From positions 149,064 through 213,063 of the forward strand of contig WRKO01000001.1 of NCBI GenBank assembly GCA_009782215.1: DNA of 64,000 nt. The letters run 5' to 3'. The DNA is from Oscillospiraceae bacterium. GTDB lineage: Bacteria; Bacillota; Clostridia; Oscillospirales; UBA929. Position 1 is the stretch's first letter. Every line of letters starts with the position of its first letter. The position numbers and the translations under genes are program-made. The notes under the pieces were generated by a model, which did not search any database, had not been told where the DNA came from, and was given only the letters and a program-made list of their open reading frames with translations. Below are positions 39,700 to 48,201 of the stretch, one piece after another.

Positions 39700-41541
39700 T
39701 TGAAAAAAGGCAACATGAAGGACATTTTGTTTTATGTGGTGGTTCTGGTCATCCTCATCGGCACCGCACTTCTGCTTTATGAGCTGCGGAAGCCGGTGGA
39801 GCCGACGTACGGAGAAATCATGCGCCACTTCTACAGCGAAAATGTGCAGGAATTTGTGGTGGAAGGCAACACGCTGACCCTTTGGCTGCGCAACCCGGAT
39901 GAAAGGCGCGTCCATAGGCTCTACAACGTGGGCTTCTTCTTCACGAACACCAATGAAATGGTGGAAGAACAGTTTAAGCGGGGCGTCATACGCGACTACA
40001 ACTACGACCTCGGCTTTGTAGTGCCGGGGTGGCTGATGGCCGCGCCGTATTTTGTCTTAATCATCGTCTTAATCGGGCTGTGGTATTTCATGCTCAACCG
40101 CACCGGGGGCGGGGACGCGAGGGCGATGCACTTCAAGCGCGCCAATCCGCGCATCCACGCCGACAATAAGCGCAAATTCACCTTCAAGGATGTGGAAGGC
40201 GCGCTGGAGGAAAAAGAGGAGCTTCAGGAGATTGTCGATTTCCTCAAGCATCCGGGCCGGTTTGACGATATCGGCGCGCGCATCCCGCGCGGCGTGCTGC
40301 TGGTCGGCCCTCCCGGAACGGGAAAGACGCTGATGGCGAAAGCCGTGGCGGGCGAGGCGGGCGTACAGTTCCTCTCCATCTCGGGCAGCGACTTTGTCGA
40401 GCTGTATGTCGGCGTCGGCGCGTCGCGCGTGCGCAACCTCTTTGAGGAAGCCAAGAAGAGCGCCCCGTGCATTATCTTCATCGACGAGATTGACGCCGTC
40501 GGACGCCAGCGCGGCGCCGGCATGGGCGGCGGGCATGACGAAAGAGAGCAGACGCTCAATCAGCTCTTGGTTGAAATGGACGGCTTTGTCCAAAACGAGG
40601 GCGTCATCGTCATGGCGGCCACCAACCGCCCCGATATCCTCGACCCGGCGCTGCTCCGCCCCGGCCGTTTCGACCGTCAGGTCTATCTGGGCTACCCAGA
40701 CATTAAGGGCCGCGAGGCGATTCTGAGGCTGCACGGCGCGAACAAGCCCTGCGACAAAACGGTGGACTTTTCCATCATCGCCAAGCAGACCGCCGGGCTG
40801 ACCGGCGCGGACTTGGAAAATCTGCTCAACGAATCGGCGCTGCTGGCGGCAAGGCGCAGCAAGACCGAAATCAGCATGGACGAAATCAGCGAGTCGATGC
40901 TCAAGGTCATCGCCGGGCCCGCCAAGCGGAGCAAGGTGGTGAGCGATAAGGAGCGCAGGCTGTCGGCCTACCACGAGGCCGGCCACGCCGTGGTGCGGCG
41001 CAACCTGCAAAACGTGGATCCGGTACACCATATCTCCATCATCCCGCGCGGGATGGCGGGCGGCATGACCGTCTTCCTGCCGCAGGAGGACAAGAGCTTT
41101 ATGTCCCGCAACGAAATGCTGGAAAACATCATCTCCATGCTGGGTGGCCGGGTCGCCGAAAAGCTGGTGCTGGACGACATTTCCACCGGCGCGTCGGACG
41201 ATATCAAAAAGGTGACGCGGATGGCGCGGAGCATGGTGACCAAATACGGCATGAGCGAAAGCATCGGCCCGATTAACTTCGGCGGCGACCACGACGAAGT
41301 CTTCCTCGGCCGCGATTTGACCACCGCGCGCAACTTCTCCGAGGAGACGGGCGCCATGATTGACAGGGAAATCAAAAAAATCGTTGACAAAGCCAACGAG
41401 CGCTGCGAAACGATTTTGAAAAACAGCATGGATACACTGAAGAAAGTGGCGGAGTATCTGCTGGAGAAGGAGACTATGGACAGCGAAACCTTTGAAAAAT
41501 TCTTCGATACCGGGCTGGTTCCCGAGCCGCAAGAGGGCTGA
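39700..41541 (+). CDS. ftsH: ATP-dependent zinc metalloprotease FtsH
   Basis: GPPGTGKT Walker [17 protein letters not shown] zinc site; start TTG 39700 or ATG 39715. Confidence 0.96.
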   Translation: MKKGNMKDILFYVVVLVILIGTALLLYELRKPVEPTYGEIMRHFYSENVQEFVVEGNTLTLWLRNPDERRVHRLYNVGFFFTNTNEMVEEQFKRGVIRDYNYDLGFVVPGWLMAAPYFVLIIVLIGLWYFMLNRTGGGDARAMHFKRANPRIHADNKRKFTFKDVEGALEEKEELQEIVDFLKHPGRFDDIGARIPRGVLLVGPPGTGKTLMAKAVAGEAGVQFLSISGSDFVELYVGVGASRVRNLFEEAKKSAPCIIFIDEIDAVGRQRGAGMGGGHDEREQTLNQLLVEMDGFVQNEGVIVMAATNRPDILDPALLRPGRFDRQVYLGYPDIKGREAILRLHGANKPCDKTVDFSIIAKQTAGLTGADLENLLNESALLAARRSKTEISMDEISESMLKVIAGPAKRSKVVSDKERRLSAYHEAGHAVVRRNLQNVDPVHHISIIPRGMAGGMTVFLPQEDKSFMSRNEMLENIISMLGGRVAEKLVLDDISTGASDDIKKVTRMARSMVTKYGMSESIGPINFGGDHDEVFLGRDLTTARNFSEETGAMIDREIKKIVDKANERCETILKNSMDTLKKVAEYLLEKETMDSETFEKFFDTGLVPEPQEG

Positions 41542-43512
41542 ATGGATATCCAATTCCTTAAAGGCATAGGCGAGAAAAGGGCCCGCTTGTTTCACAAGCT
41601 CGGGCTCTTTGCCGTTGAGGATATGGCGGTCTTTTATCCCCGGGCGTACGAGGATAGGTCAAAAATCGTCCCCATCCGCGATTTGCGCCCCGGCGAGGCG
41701 GCCTGCTTTACAGCCACCGTGGCGTCGCCGGTCACGGGAGCGCACATCCGCAAGGGGCTGGATATTTACAAGGCAAAGGTTTTCGACGAGACCGGCGAGC
41801 TGCATCTCACGTTTTTCAACGCGCCCTATGTAAAAAACGCGCTGACGTGGGGCGAAACCTATGTGTTTTACGGAAAAACAGACGGCAGCCGGGGGATGAT
41901 TAACCCGGTGTTTGAAAAGGAGGCGGGCGGCGCGACGGGACGCATCCTGCCCGTTTACAAAGCCACGGCGGGTCTGACGCAAGGCGCGCTGCGCAGCGCC
42001 GCCCGTCAGGCGGCGGAGAAAATTGAGCCGCCGGAAATCCTGCCGGACGCCGTACGGCAGCAATACGCGCTCTGCACGGCGCGTTTCGCCCTTGAAAACA
42101 TCCACTTCCCGCAGACGGAGGAGCTTTTGGGCGTCGCCCGCAAGCGGCTGGTGTTTGAGGAATTGCTGCTGCTGCAGTTGGGGCTGTCCGTCCGGCGCGG
42201 CAAGCTGGTCAAAATGCCCGGCCCGGCGTTTGAGAAAACGGACATGACCCCGTTTATAGACGCGCTGCCGTTTGCGCCCACCGCCGCGCAAATGGCGGCC
42301 ATTGAGGATATCCGCCGCGACTGCGCGACCGGCATGAACCGCCTGATACAGGGCGACGTGGGCTGTGGCAAGACCGCCGCGGCGGCGGCCGCCGCGTATA
42401 TGGCGTTCCGCAGCGGCTATCAAACCGCGCTGATGGCGCCGACGGAGATATTGGCGGAGCAGCACGCGCGCTCGCTGACGGCGCTGTTTGAGCCGCTGGG
42501 CGTGAGGGTCGGCGTCTTGACGGGGCGGGACAAAAGGTCGCTGGGCGGCGTCGCGGACGGGACGGTTGACCTTGTTGTGGGGACGCACGCGCTGCTGAGC
42601 GGGACGGTGACCTTTGCCAAGCTGGGTCTGGTGATTACCGACGAGCAGCACCGCTTCGGCGTGGAACAGCGGCAGCGGCTGTTTGAAAAGGGCGAGGTGC
42701 CGCACAGGCTGGTCATATCCGCGACGCCCATTCCGCGCACGCTGGCGCGTATCCTGTACGGCGACTTGGACGTGACCGTCATGCGCGGGATGCCGCCGGG
42801 ACGGACGCCGGTAAAGACCTATGTGGTGGACGAGGGCTACCGGCCCCGGATTGAGGCGTTTGTGAAGAAAACAGCCGGGGAGGGCGGGCAAATCTACATC
42901 GTCTGCCCGGTGATAGAGGAAAACGAGGAGCTGGGTCTGCAATCCGCCGACGCCTATGCCGAGAAGCTGAAAACGGACGTCTATCCCGACCTGCGCGTCG
43001 GGCTGCTGCACGGCAAAATCAAAGCCAAGGAGAGAGACGCGGCCATGCGGGCGTTTGCGGCGGGGGAGATTGACGTCTTGGTCGCCACCACCGTCATTGA
43101 GGTGGGCGTCGATGTGCCGAACGCGTCGCTGATGGTCGTTGAGAACGCCGAGCGTTTCGGTCTGAGTCAGCTTCACCAGCTTCGCGGACGGGTGGGACGC
43201 GGGGCGAGGGAGTCGCATTGCGTGCTGTTTATGCAGAATGAGTCGGCCAAAGAGCGCCTGAATGTGCTGAAAAATGAAAACGACGGCTTTGCCGTCGCCG
43301 AAGCGGATTTGCGCCTGCGCGGGCCGGGCGATTTTTTCGGCAACCGCCAGCACGGACTGCCGGCGTTCAAGATTGCCGATTTATCCAACGACATGGATAT
43401 CCTGTCGGCCTCGCGCGAAGCGGCGGACGCGCTGGCGCCCGCGCTGAACGGACACGCCGCCCTAAAGGCGGCGGTCGAAGCGTTACTGCATCGCATTGAG
43501 GGCGGAGACTAG
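41542..43512 (+). CDS. recG: ATP-dependent DNA helicase RecG
   Basis: Wedge domain N-terminus, GDVGCGKT, DEQHRFG, QLHQLRGRVGRG motifs. Confidence 0.95.
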   Translation: MDIQFLKGIGEKRARLFHKLGLFAVEDMAVFYPRAYEDRSKIVPIRDLRPGEAACFTATVASPVTGAHIRKGLDIYKAKVFDETGELHLTFFNAPYVKNALTWGETYVFYGKTDGSRGMINPVFEKEAGGATGRILPVYKATAGLTQGALRSAARQAAEKIEPPEILPDAVRQQYALCTARFALENIHFPQTEELLGVARKRLVFEELLLLQLGLSVRRGKLVKMPGPAFEKTDMTPFIDALPFAPTAAQMAAIEDIRRDCATGMNRLIQGDVGCGKTAAAAAAAYMAFRSGYQTALMAPTEILAEQHARSLTALFEPLGVRVGVLTGRDKRSLGGVADGTVDLVVGTHALLSGTVTFAKLGLVITDEQHRFGVEQRQRLFEKGEVPHRLVISATPIPRTLARILYGDLDVTVMRGMPPGRTPVKTYVVDEGYRPRIEAFVKKTAGEGGQIYIVCPVIEENEELGLQSADAYAEKLKTDVYPDLRVGLLHGKIKAKERDAAMRAFAAGEIDVLVATTVIEVGVDVPNASLMVVENAERFGLSQLHQLRGRVGRGARESHCVLFMQNESAKERLNVLKNENDGFAVAEADLRLRGPGDFFGNRQHGLPAFKIADLSNDMDILSASREAADALAPALNGHAALKAAVEALLHRIEGGD

Positions 43513-44091
43513 CTCGTGTAGAATCACCTTTTTGGAGAGGAATTGCAGGGTGTCCATATGCGCCATCAGGGCGGCGCGCGTCCGTTCCTCCATCGTAAAG
43601 CCCAGAACGGCGCAAAAGCGCAGGGCGCGCAGGATACGGAGCGCGTCCTCCTCGAAGCGTGTAAAGGGGTCACCTATACAGCGTATGATTTTTTGGCCGA
43701 GGTCGTCCCGCCCGCCGACCAAATCAACAATGCCGCCGTCGATATCGGCGCATAGGGCGTTGACGGTGAAATCGCGCCGCGCCAAGTCGGTTTCCAAATC
43801 GGAGACAAACTCCACCTTGTCCGGGCGGCGGTGGTCGGAGTAGCCGCTCTCGCGGCGGAAGGGCGTTACCTGAACGCCCCGCGCGGTGACGGTGCCGTAT
43901 TTGCCGCCCGTGGCCTCGCCGCCGATGATGCTGAGCAGCTCCCGGGGCCGGGCGGAGGTGGCGATATCCCAATCGCCGGGAACCCGTCCCAGCAGGCTGT
44001 CGCGCACACAGCCGCCGACGGCATAGACGGAATGACCGCGCTCGGCAAGCGCGGTCATCAGCGTGCGTACATCGTCGGGTAAAATCAACAT
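43483..44091 (-). CDS. CCA-adding enzyme-like nucleotidyltransferase, head/neck only (202 aa; truncated or minimal)
   Basis: GGCVRDSLLG..DWDI and RRDFTVNA class II polymerase-beta head motifs; ends 30 nt inside the convergent recG; ATG 44091 overlaps upstream stop (ATGTTGA). Confidence 0.7.
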   Translation of the reverse strand: MLILPDDVRTLMTALAERGHSVYAVGGCVRDSLLGRVPGDWDIATSARPRELLSIIGGEATGGKYGTVTARGVQVTPFRRESGYSDHRRPDKVEFVSDLETDLARRDFTVNALCADIDGGIVDLVGGRDDLGQKIIRCIGDPFTRFEEDALRILRALRFCAVLGFTMEERTRAALMAHMDTLQFLSKKVILHELVSALNAMQ

Positions 44092-45179
44092 TTCACAATC
44101 TCCGCAAGTCTTTGAATGATGGGCAGCTTTTGCGTGCAAAGCGGTTCGCAGGCGCCGCAGCGGGTGCAGCCAGCGGCGTCCTTAGGCGACAAGCCCCAAT
44201 GCCAGCTCAGCCTGTTTGTAATGGATTGCGTGTCGCCGGACAGCAGATAGCTGTTGTAAGCCTCCATGAGCTTGGGGATGTGGAGTCCGTTGGGGCATTC
44301 GTCGCAGTAGGCGCAGCCGGTGCAGAGGGTGTTCAGCTCATGGCGGAGGGATTTGGTCATTTCCTCAAGGCGCTCCGGCGTGACCGGCGCGGCGTCCTCG
44401 GCGGCGGCGACACATTCGGCCAGCTCCCGTTCGTTGGCGATGCCCGGAAGGGTGACGGAAATCTCGGGATGCCCGATGAGGAATTTCAGCGCCGCGGTGG
44501 CAACGGTCTGCTCAGGCGAGGTCTTGATAAATCCGAATTTATCGGCATACTGCGGGATGACGCCACCGCCCAGCGGGTTCATCACCACCACGCCGAGTCC
44601 TTTTTGGAAGCAGGCTTCGACGCCTTGGCGGCGATAGGCGAAGTTGAGGGCGTTGTAGCCCAGCGTAATCGCGTCAACCTTGCCGTCTCTGGCGATGTCG
44701 GCGATGGTCTCGCCGTCGGCGTGGGAGGTGCAGCAGATATGCTCAATCAGGCCCTCTTCCTTGGCTTTGAGAATCCCGTCGTATATCCCGCCCTTTTGGG
44801 TCATCCGCCGGTATTCGCCCATGTTCTTGATGCACCACATATTGTAGACGGTGATTTTGTCGGTTTGGAGCTTTTTAAGGCTGGCCTCAATCGCGCGGCG
44901 CGCCCCGGAAGCGTCGGTGGCGTTCCACAGGCCGCATTTGGTGGATAAGTACGGCTTTTCTTTCAGCCTTGCGTAGGCTCGGCCGACAATCAGCTCGCTC
45001 TTGCCGTCGCAGTAATCGGGCGCGGTGTCGACATAGTTGACGCCCATTTCACACGCCTTGACGACCAAATCGGCGCACTTGTCAAGGTCTTTTTGGTAGT
45101 CCTCTTTGGGGAAACGCATCGAGCCGAAGCCAACGGCGCTTACGCGCTTGCCCGTACTGCCCAGTTGTTTATAGATCAT
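44085..45179 (-). CDS. aldo/keto reductase with C-terminal 4Fe-4S cluster domain
   Basis: AKR N-terminus (LGSTGKRVSAVGFGSMRF), C-terminal CTGCAYCDECP and CTRCGACEPLC motifs. Confidence 0.85.
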   Translation of the reverse strand: MIYKQLGSTGKRVSAVGFGSMRFPKEDYQKDLDKCADLVVKACEMGVNYVDTAPDYCDGKSELIVGRAYARLKEKPYLSTKCGLWNATDASGARRAIEASLKKLQTDKITVYNMWCIKNMGEYRRMTQKGGIYDGILKAKEEGLIEHICCTSHADGETIADIARDGKVDAITLGYNALNFAYRRQGVEACFQKGLGVVVMNPLGGGVIPQYADKFGFIKTSPEQTVATAALKFLIGHPEISVTLPGIANERELAECVAAAEDAAPVTPERLEEMTKSLRHELNTLCTGCAYCDECPNGLHIPKLMEAYNSYLLSGDTQSITNRLSWHWGLSPKDAAGCTRCGACEPLCTQKLPIIQRLAEIVKC

Positions 45180-47050
45180 TCGTCAATCTCTCCTCTGTCC
45201 TCCGGTTGGGGAGTCGTTTCCGGCTCCGTGCCGGGGTCGGGATTGGGGTCGGAATCAAGGTCAAGGTCGGGGTCGGGCGACGCCGCGGGAAGCTCGGGAT
45301 CCGGCGGCGGGTCAGGGTCAGGGTCTGGCGTCGGCGTCGGAGTGGGGTCGGGGGAGGGTATCGGGCCGGGGCCGGGGTCGGGCGGGGGAATGGGGTCGAT
45401 GGGCGTCGGGTCGCTCGGCAGATCGCCCGTCGGGGGCGTGCCGACCTCAATGATTGCGTCGAATTTGATATAGCCCGTCCTCGCTTCGGGGTTGCGGTAA
45501 ACCTCGTTGCCGTCCGGGTCTACGAGGACACGGTAGGTCTGCACCGTCCAGCCGTCGGAGCCGGAGATTTTGGTGACGCTGGCTCCCGGCGCGAGCTCGG
45601 GGTTATGCACGGTGGTGGTCTGCGCCGGCCTGTGGGCGATGATATCGCTTTCCATGACCACGGTCAGGTCGTCGGTCTTGGTGCCCCAAATCTCCGCCGT
45701 GAGACGCCCGCGCTCATACCATGACACAACGCGGATGGGATATGGCGTGTCGTTGGAGAAGATAAAGTCAAACCTGCCCCAGCTAACGGCGGCGTCGAGA
45801 CCGAGAGGGACATACCAAACCGTCATCGAGTGGCTCTGGCGGTAAACGATTTGCAGGTTGGCAAGCAGGACGGCGTTGTAAAGGGTGGTGGACGTCTGGC
45901 AGATGCCGCCGCCGATTTCCTGAACCACCTGTCCGTTCAGATACGCCCCGGCGGGCAGGTAACCGCGTTCGGACGAGCGCGGGCCGACGACGTCGTTGAA
46001 GGAAAAGCTTTCGCCCGGGAGGATGATGGTGCCGGACATGGCTTGGGCGGAAATGCTGACGTTGCCGATGCGGTTTTGCGACGAGCCGGAGGTGGAGGTG
46101 GAGTAGGCGCCGAGAAGGTCGGCAAAAAGGCTGTCGTCCAAGGCCTCGTCGGTCAAATCGGGAGTGGTGAAAAGCAGGGGGATGGAGAAACGGTCAAGGC
46201 TGCGCGCCAGCGCGTCCCGCGCCGCCTGCATATCGAACGACACGCCGACGACATGAGGCATGATAAACGCGTTGCCGTCCTCGTCAAGGGTGACGGACGC
46301 GTCTCTCGGCTCCACAAAGATTTCCCGATGCAGCTCGTCCAGCGGAAGCGGTTTCGGCGGGACGGACTCGGAGAGATAGGAGAGGGGCGAAAAGTCCCGG
46401 ACGGTGAAGCCGGAAACCACGGCGCCGGCCATGTCCTTTGGGCTGGAGACGGCTCCGTCGCGCCCGGAGGTGACGCTGATGGCGGCGTCGCCAATCGACC
46501 AGCTATAGTCCTCCGCCGGACGGAAATGGGCGTCGGAAAAAGAGGAAACAATGGCAAACACAGCCTCCTCGTCTATGTAAAAAGAGGTGTTTTGATGCTC
46601 GTTCTCCAGCGCGCGCTCGGTGACAAGGGAGGAAAAGGCGAACGAGAGACGGGAGAAAACGCCGCCTTCGCGGCCCATGTTGTAGACGGCGTCAACCGCG
46701 TCCTCGGCGGACAGGCGGATGCGCGCGTCCTCAGCCGTGATGACGATAGATTGGTCGTCCAGCGTCAGCGTGACCGCCGCGCCCGCGTAGACGGCGTCCC
46801 GTTCGGCCGCGAGGGCGAGGGAGGCTTCCCCGCGGGTCATGCCGGAAAGGTCGATTCCGAACGCGGAAATGCCGGGGAAAACGCGGTCATAGGTTAAGGT
46901 GAACACAGAGGCGGCGGAAAGGGCAATCAGAAGCGAGCCAATCACGCTCAGCAGAACAAGGCTGAACGGCTTAAAACGAAATTTGCGCGCGGGGGCAACC
47001 CGCGCGGGCTTTGGCTTGACTTTTTTTTCGGCGACGGCCTGCGACATCAT
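45176..47050 (-). CDS. VanW family protein with G5-like domain and Pro/Asp-rich C-terminal tail
   Basis: N-terminal TM, GGGICQTSTTLYNAVLLANL VanW core, C-terminal (PDP/PTP)n tail. Confidence 0.85.
   Translation of the reverse strand: MMSQAVAEKKVKPKPARVAPARKFRFKPFSLVLLSVIGSLLIALSAASVFTLTYDRVFPGISAFGIDLSGMTRGEASLALAAERDAVYAGAAVTLTLDDQSIVITAEDARIRLSAEDAVDAVYNMGREGGVFSRLSFAFSSLVTERALENEHQNTSFYIDEEAVFAIVSSFSDAHFRPAEDYSWSIGDAAISVTSGRDGAVSSPKDMAGAVVSGFTVRDFSPLSYLSESVPPKPLPLDELHREIFVEPRDASVTLDEDGNAFIMPHVVGVSFDMQAARDALARSLDRFSIPLLFTTPDLTDEALDDSLFADLLGAYSTSTSGSSQNRIGNVSISAQAMSGTIILPGESFSFNDVVGPRSSERGYLPAGAYLNGQVVQEIGGGICQTSTTLYNAVLLANLQIVYRQSHSMTVWYVPLGLDAAVSWGRFDFIFSNDTPYPIRVVSWYERGRLTAEIWGTKTDDLTVVMESDIIAHRPAQTTTVHNPELAPGASVTKISGSDGWTVQTYRVLVDPDGNEVYRNPEARTGYIKFDAIIEVGTPPTGDLPSDPTPIDPIPPPDPGPGPIPSPDPTPTPTPDPDPDPPPDPELPAASPDPDLDLDSDPNPDPGTEPETTPQPEDRGEIDE
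45179..45445 (-). repeat. low-complexity GGGTC/GGTCA-rich tract encoding (P-D/T-P)n tail of VanW protein
   Basis: Plus strand reads ggggtcggg/ggtcaaggtc/ggtcagggtc repeats; peptide PSDPTPIDPIPPPDPGPGPIPSPDPTPTPTPDPDPDPPPDPELP.. Confidence 0.6.
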
Positions 47051-47146
47051 ATCCCTTCCTTTATGCCGTGCTTGGCTGTGTCAGGCGCGCAAGCGCACCC
47101 GTTCCCTATATATTGTATCACACGGGCGCTAATAATACAAGGAAAA

Positions 47147-48199
47147 TTATTCGGAAATCTGTAAAATCTCATCCCGCGGTTCCTCGGCTTCGACCTCCTT
47201 GAGGGAGCGGAGGATGCCGCGCGTCCGCACGCCGACCAGCGTGTCGAGGTCGCTGCCCGCCCTCTCAAGATTCCGCTTGGCCTTGTCGAGTACGTCCTCA
47301 AATTTGAGGAATTCGCTTTTGACCTGTCCCAGCAGCGCCCAGACCTCGCCGGAGCGTTTTTGGATGGCGAGGGTGCGGAAGCCCATTTGGAAGCTGTTGA
47401 GCAGGGCGCCCATGGTCGCCGGGCCGGCGATGCTGACCCGGAAGTCGCGCTGAAGCTCCTCCACCATCCCCCGCCGTACCGCTTCGGCATACAGCCCCTC
47501 AAAGGGGAGGAAGAGAACGGCAAACTCGGTGGTGTGGGGCGGCTGGATGTACTTGTCCCGTATCTCCTTGGCCGACTGGCGCAGGCTGCCCCTCAGCAGG
47601 GCCGCCGCGGCCTCGACGGCGGCGGAATCGCCCGTTTCATACGCGTCGCAGAGAGCGGCGTAGCGGTCAGAGGGAAACTTGGAGTCAACGGGAAGCCAAA
47701 CCGGCTCGCCGCCGCCGCCCGGCATCTTGATGGCGTATTCCACAACCGCGCGGCTGCCCGGAACCGTCGGCACGTTGACGCCGTACTGTTCGGGTGATAA
47801 AATCTCATTCAAAATCGCGCCAAGCTGGATTTCGCCCAATATCCCCCGTGTCTTGACGCCGGACAGCACCTTTTTCAGGTCGCCCACGCCGACCGCCAGC
47901 GACTGCATTTCCCCAAGGCTTTTATACACCTGCTCCAAACGCTCGTTGACAAGGGAAAACGATTGGGTGATGCGGGTGTCGAGCGTCTTTTGCAGCTTTT
48001 CCTCCACCACGCCGCGCATCATGTCCAGCCTGCGCTCGGTGGTCTGGCGTATCTGCTCCAGCTTCTGCTCGTTGGCCAGCTCGCCCCGCGCCATAGCGTC
48101 TAAAAGACGGCGTTCCGTCCCGCTCCGCAGCAGCAGGCCGACGACGGCAAGGGTCAGGATGAACGTGAGCGAGGTCAGGGCGATGACGACATATTCCAC
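47147..48199 (-). CDS. rmuC: DNA recombination protein RmuC
   Basis: N-terminal TM plus coiled coil, RmuC core (LPVDSKFP, FAVLFLPFEGLYAEA); GTG 48199 after GGGGAGG preferred, ORF opens at 48229. Confidence 0.85.
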   Translation of the reverse strand: MEYVVIALTSLTFILTLAVVGLLLRSGTERRLLDAMARGELANEQKLEQIRQTTERRLDMMRGVVEEKLQKTLDTRITQSFSLVNERLEQVYKSLGEMQSLAVGVGDLKKVLSGVKTRGILGEIQLGAILNEILSPEQYGVNVPTVPGSRAVVEYAIKMPGGGGEPVWLPVDSKFPSDRYAALCDAYETGDSAAVEAAAALLRGSLRQSAKEIRDKYIQPPHTTEFAVLFLPFEGLYAEAVRRGMVEELQRDFRVSIAGPATMGALLNSFQMGFRTLAIQKRSGEVWALLGQVKSEFLKFEDVLDKAKRNLERAGSDLDTLVGVRTRGILRSLKEVEAEEPRDEILQISE

Positions 48200-48201
48200 C
48201 G

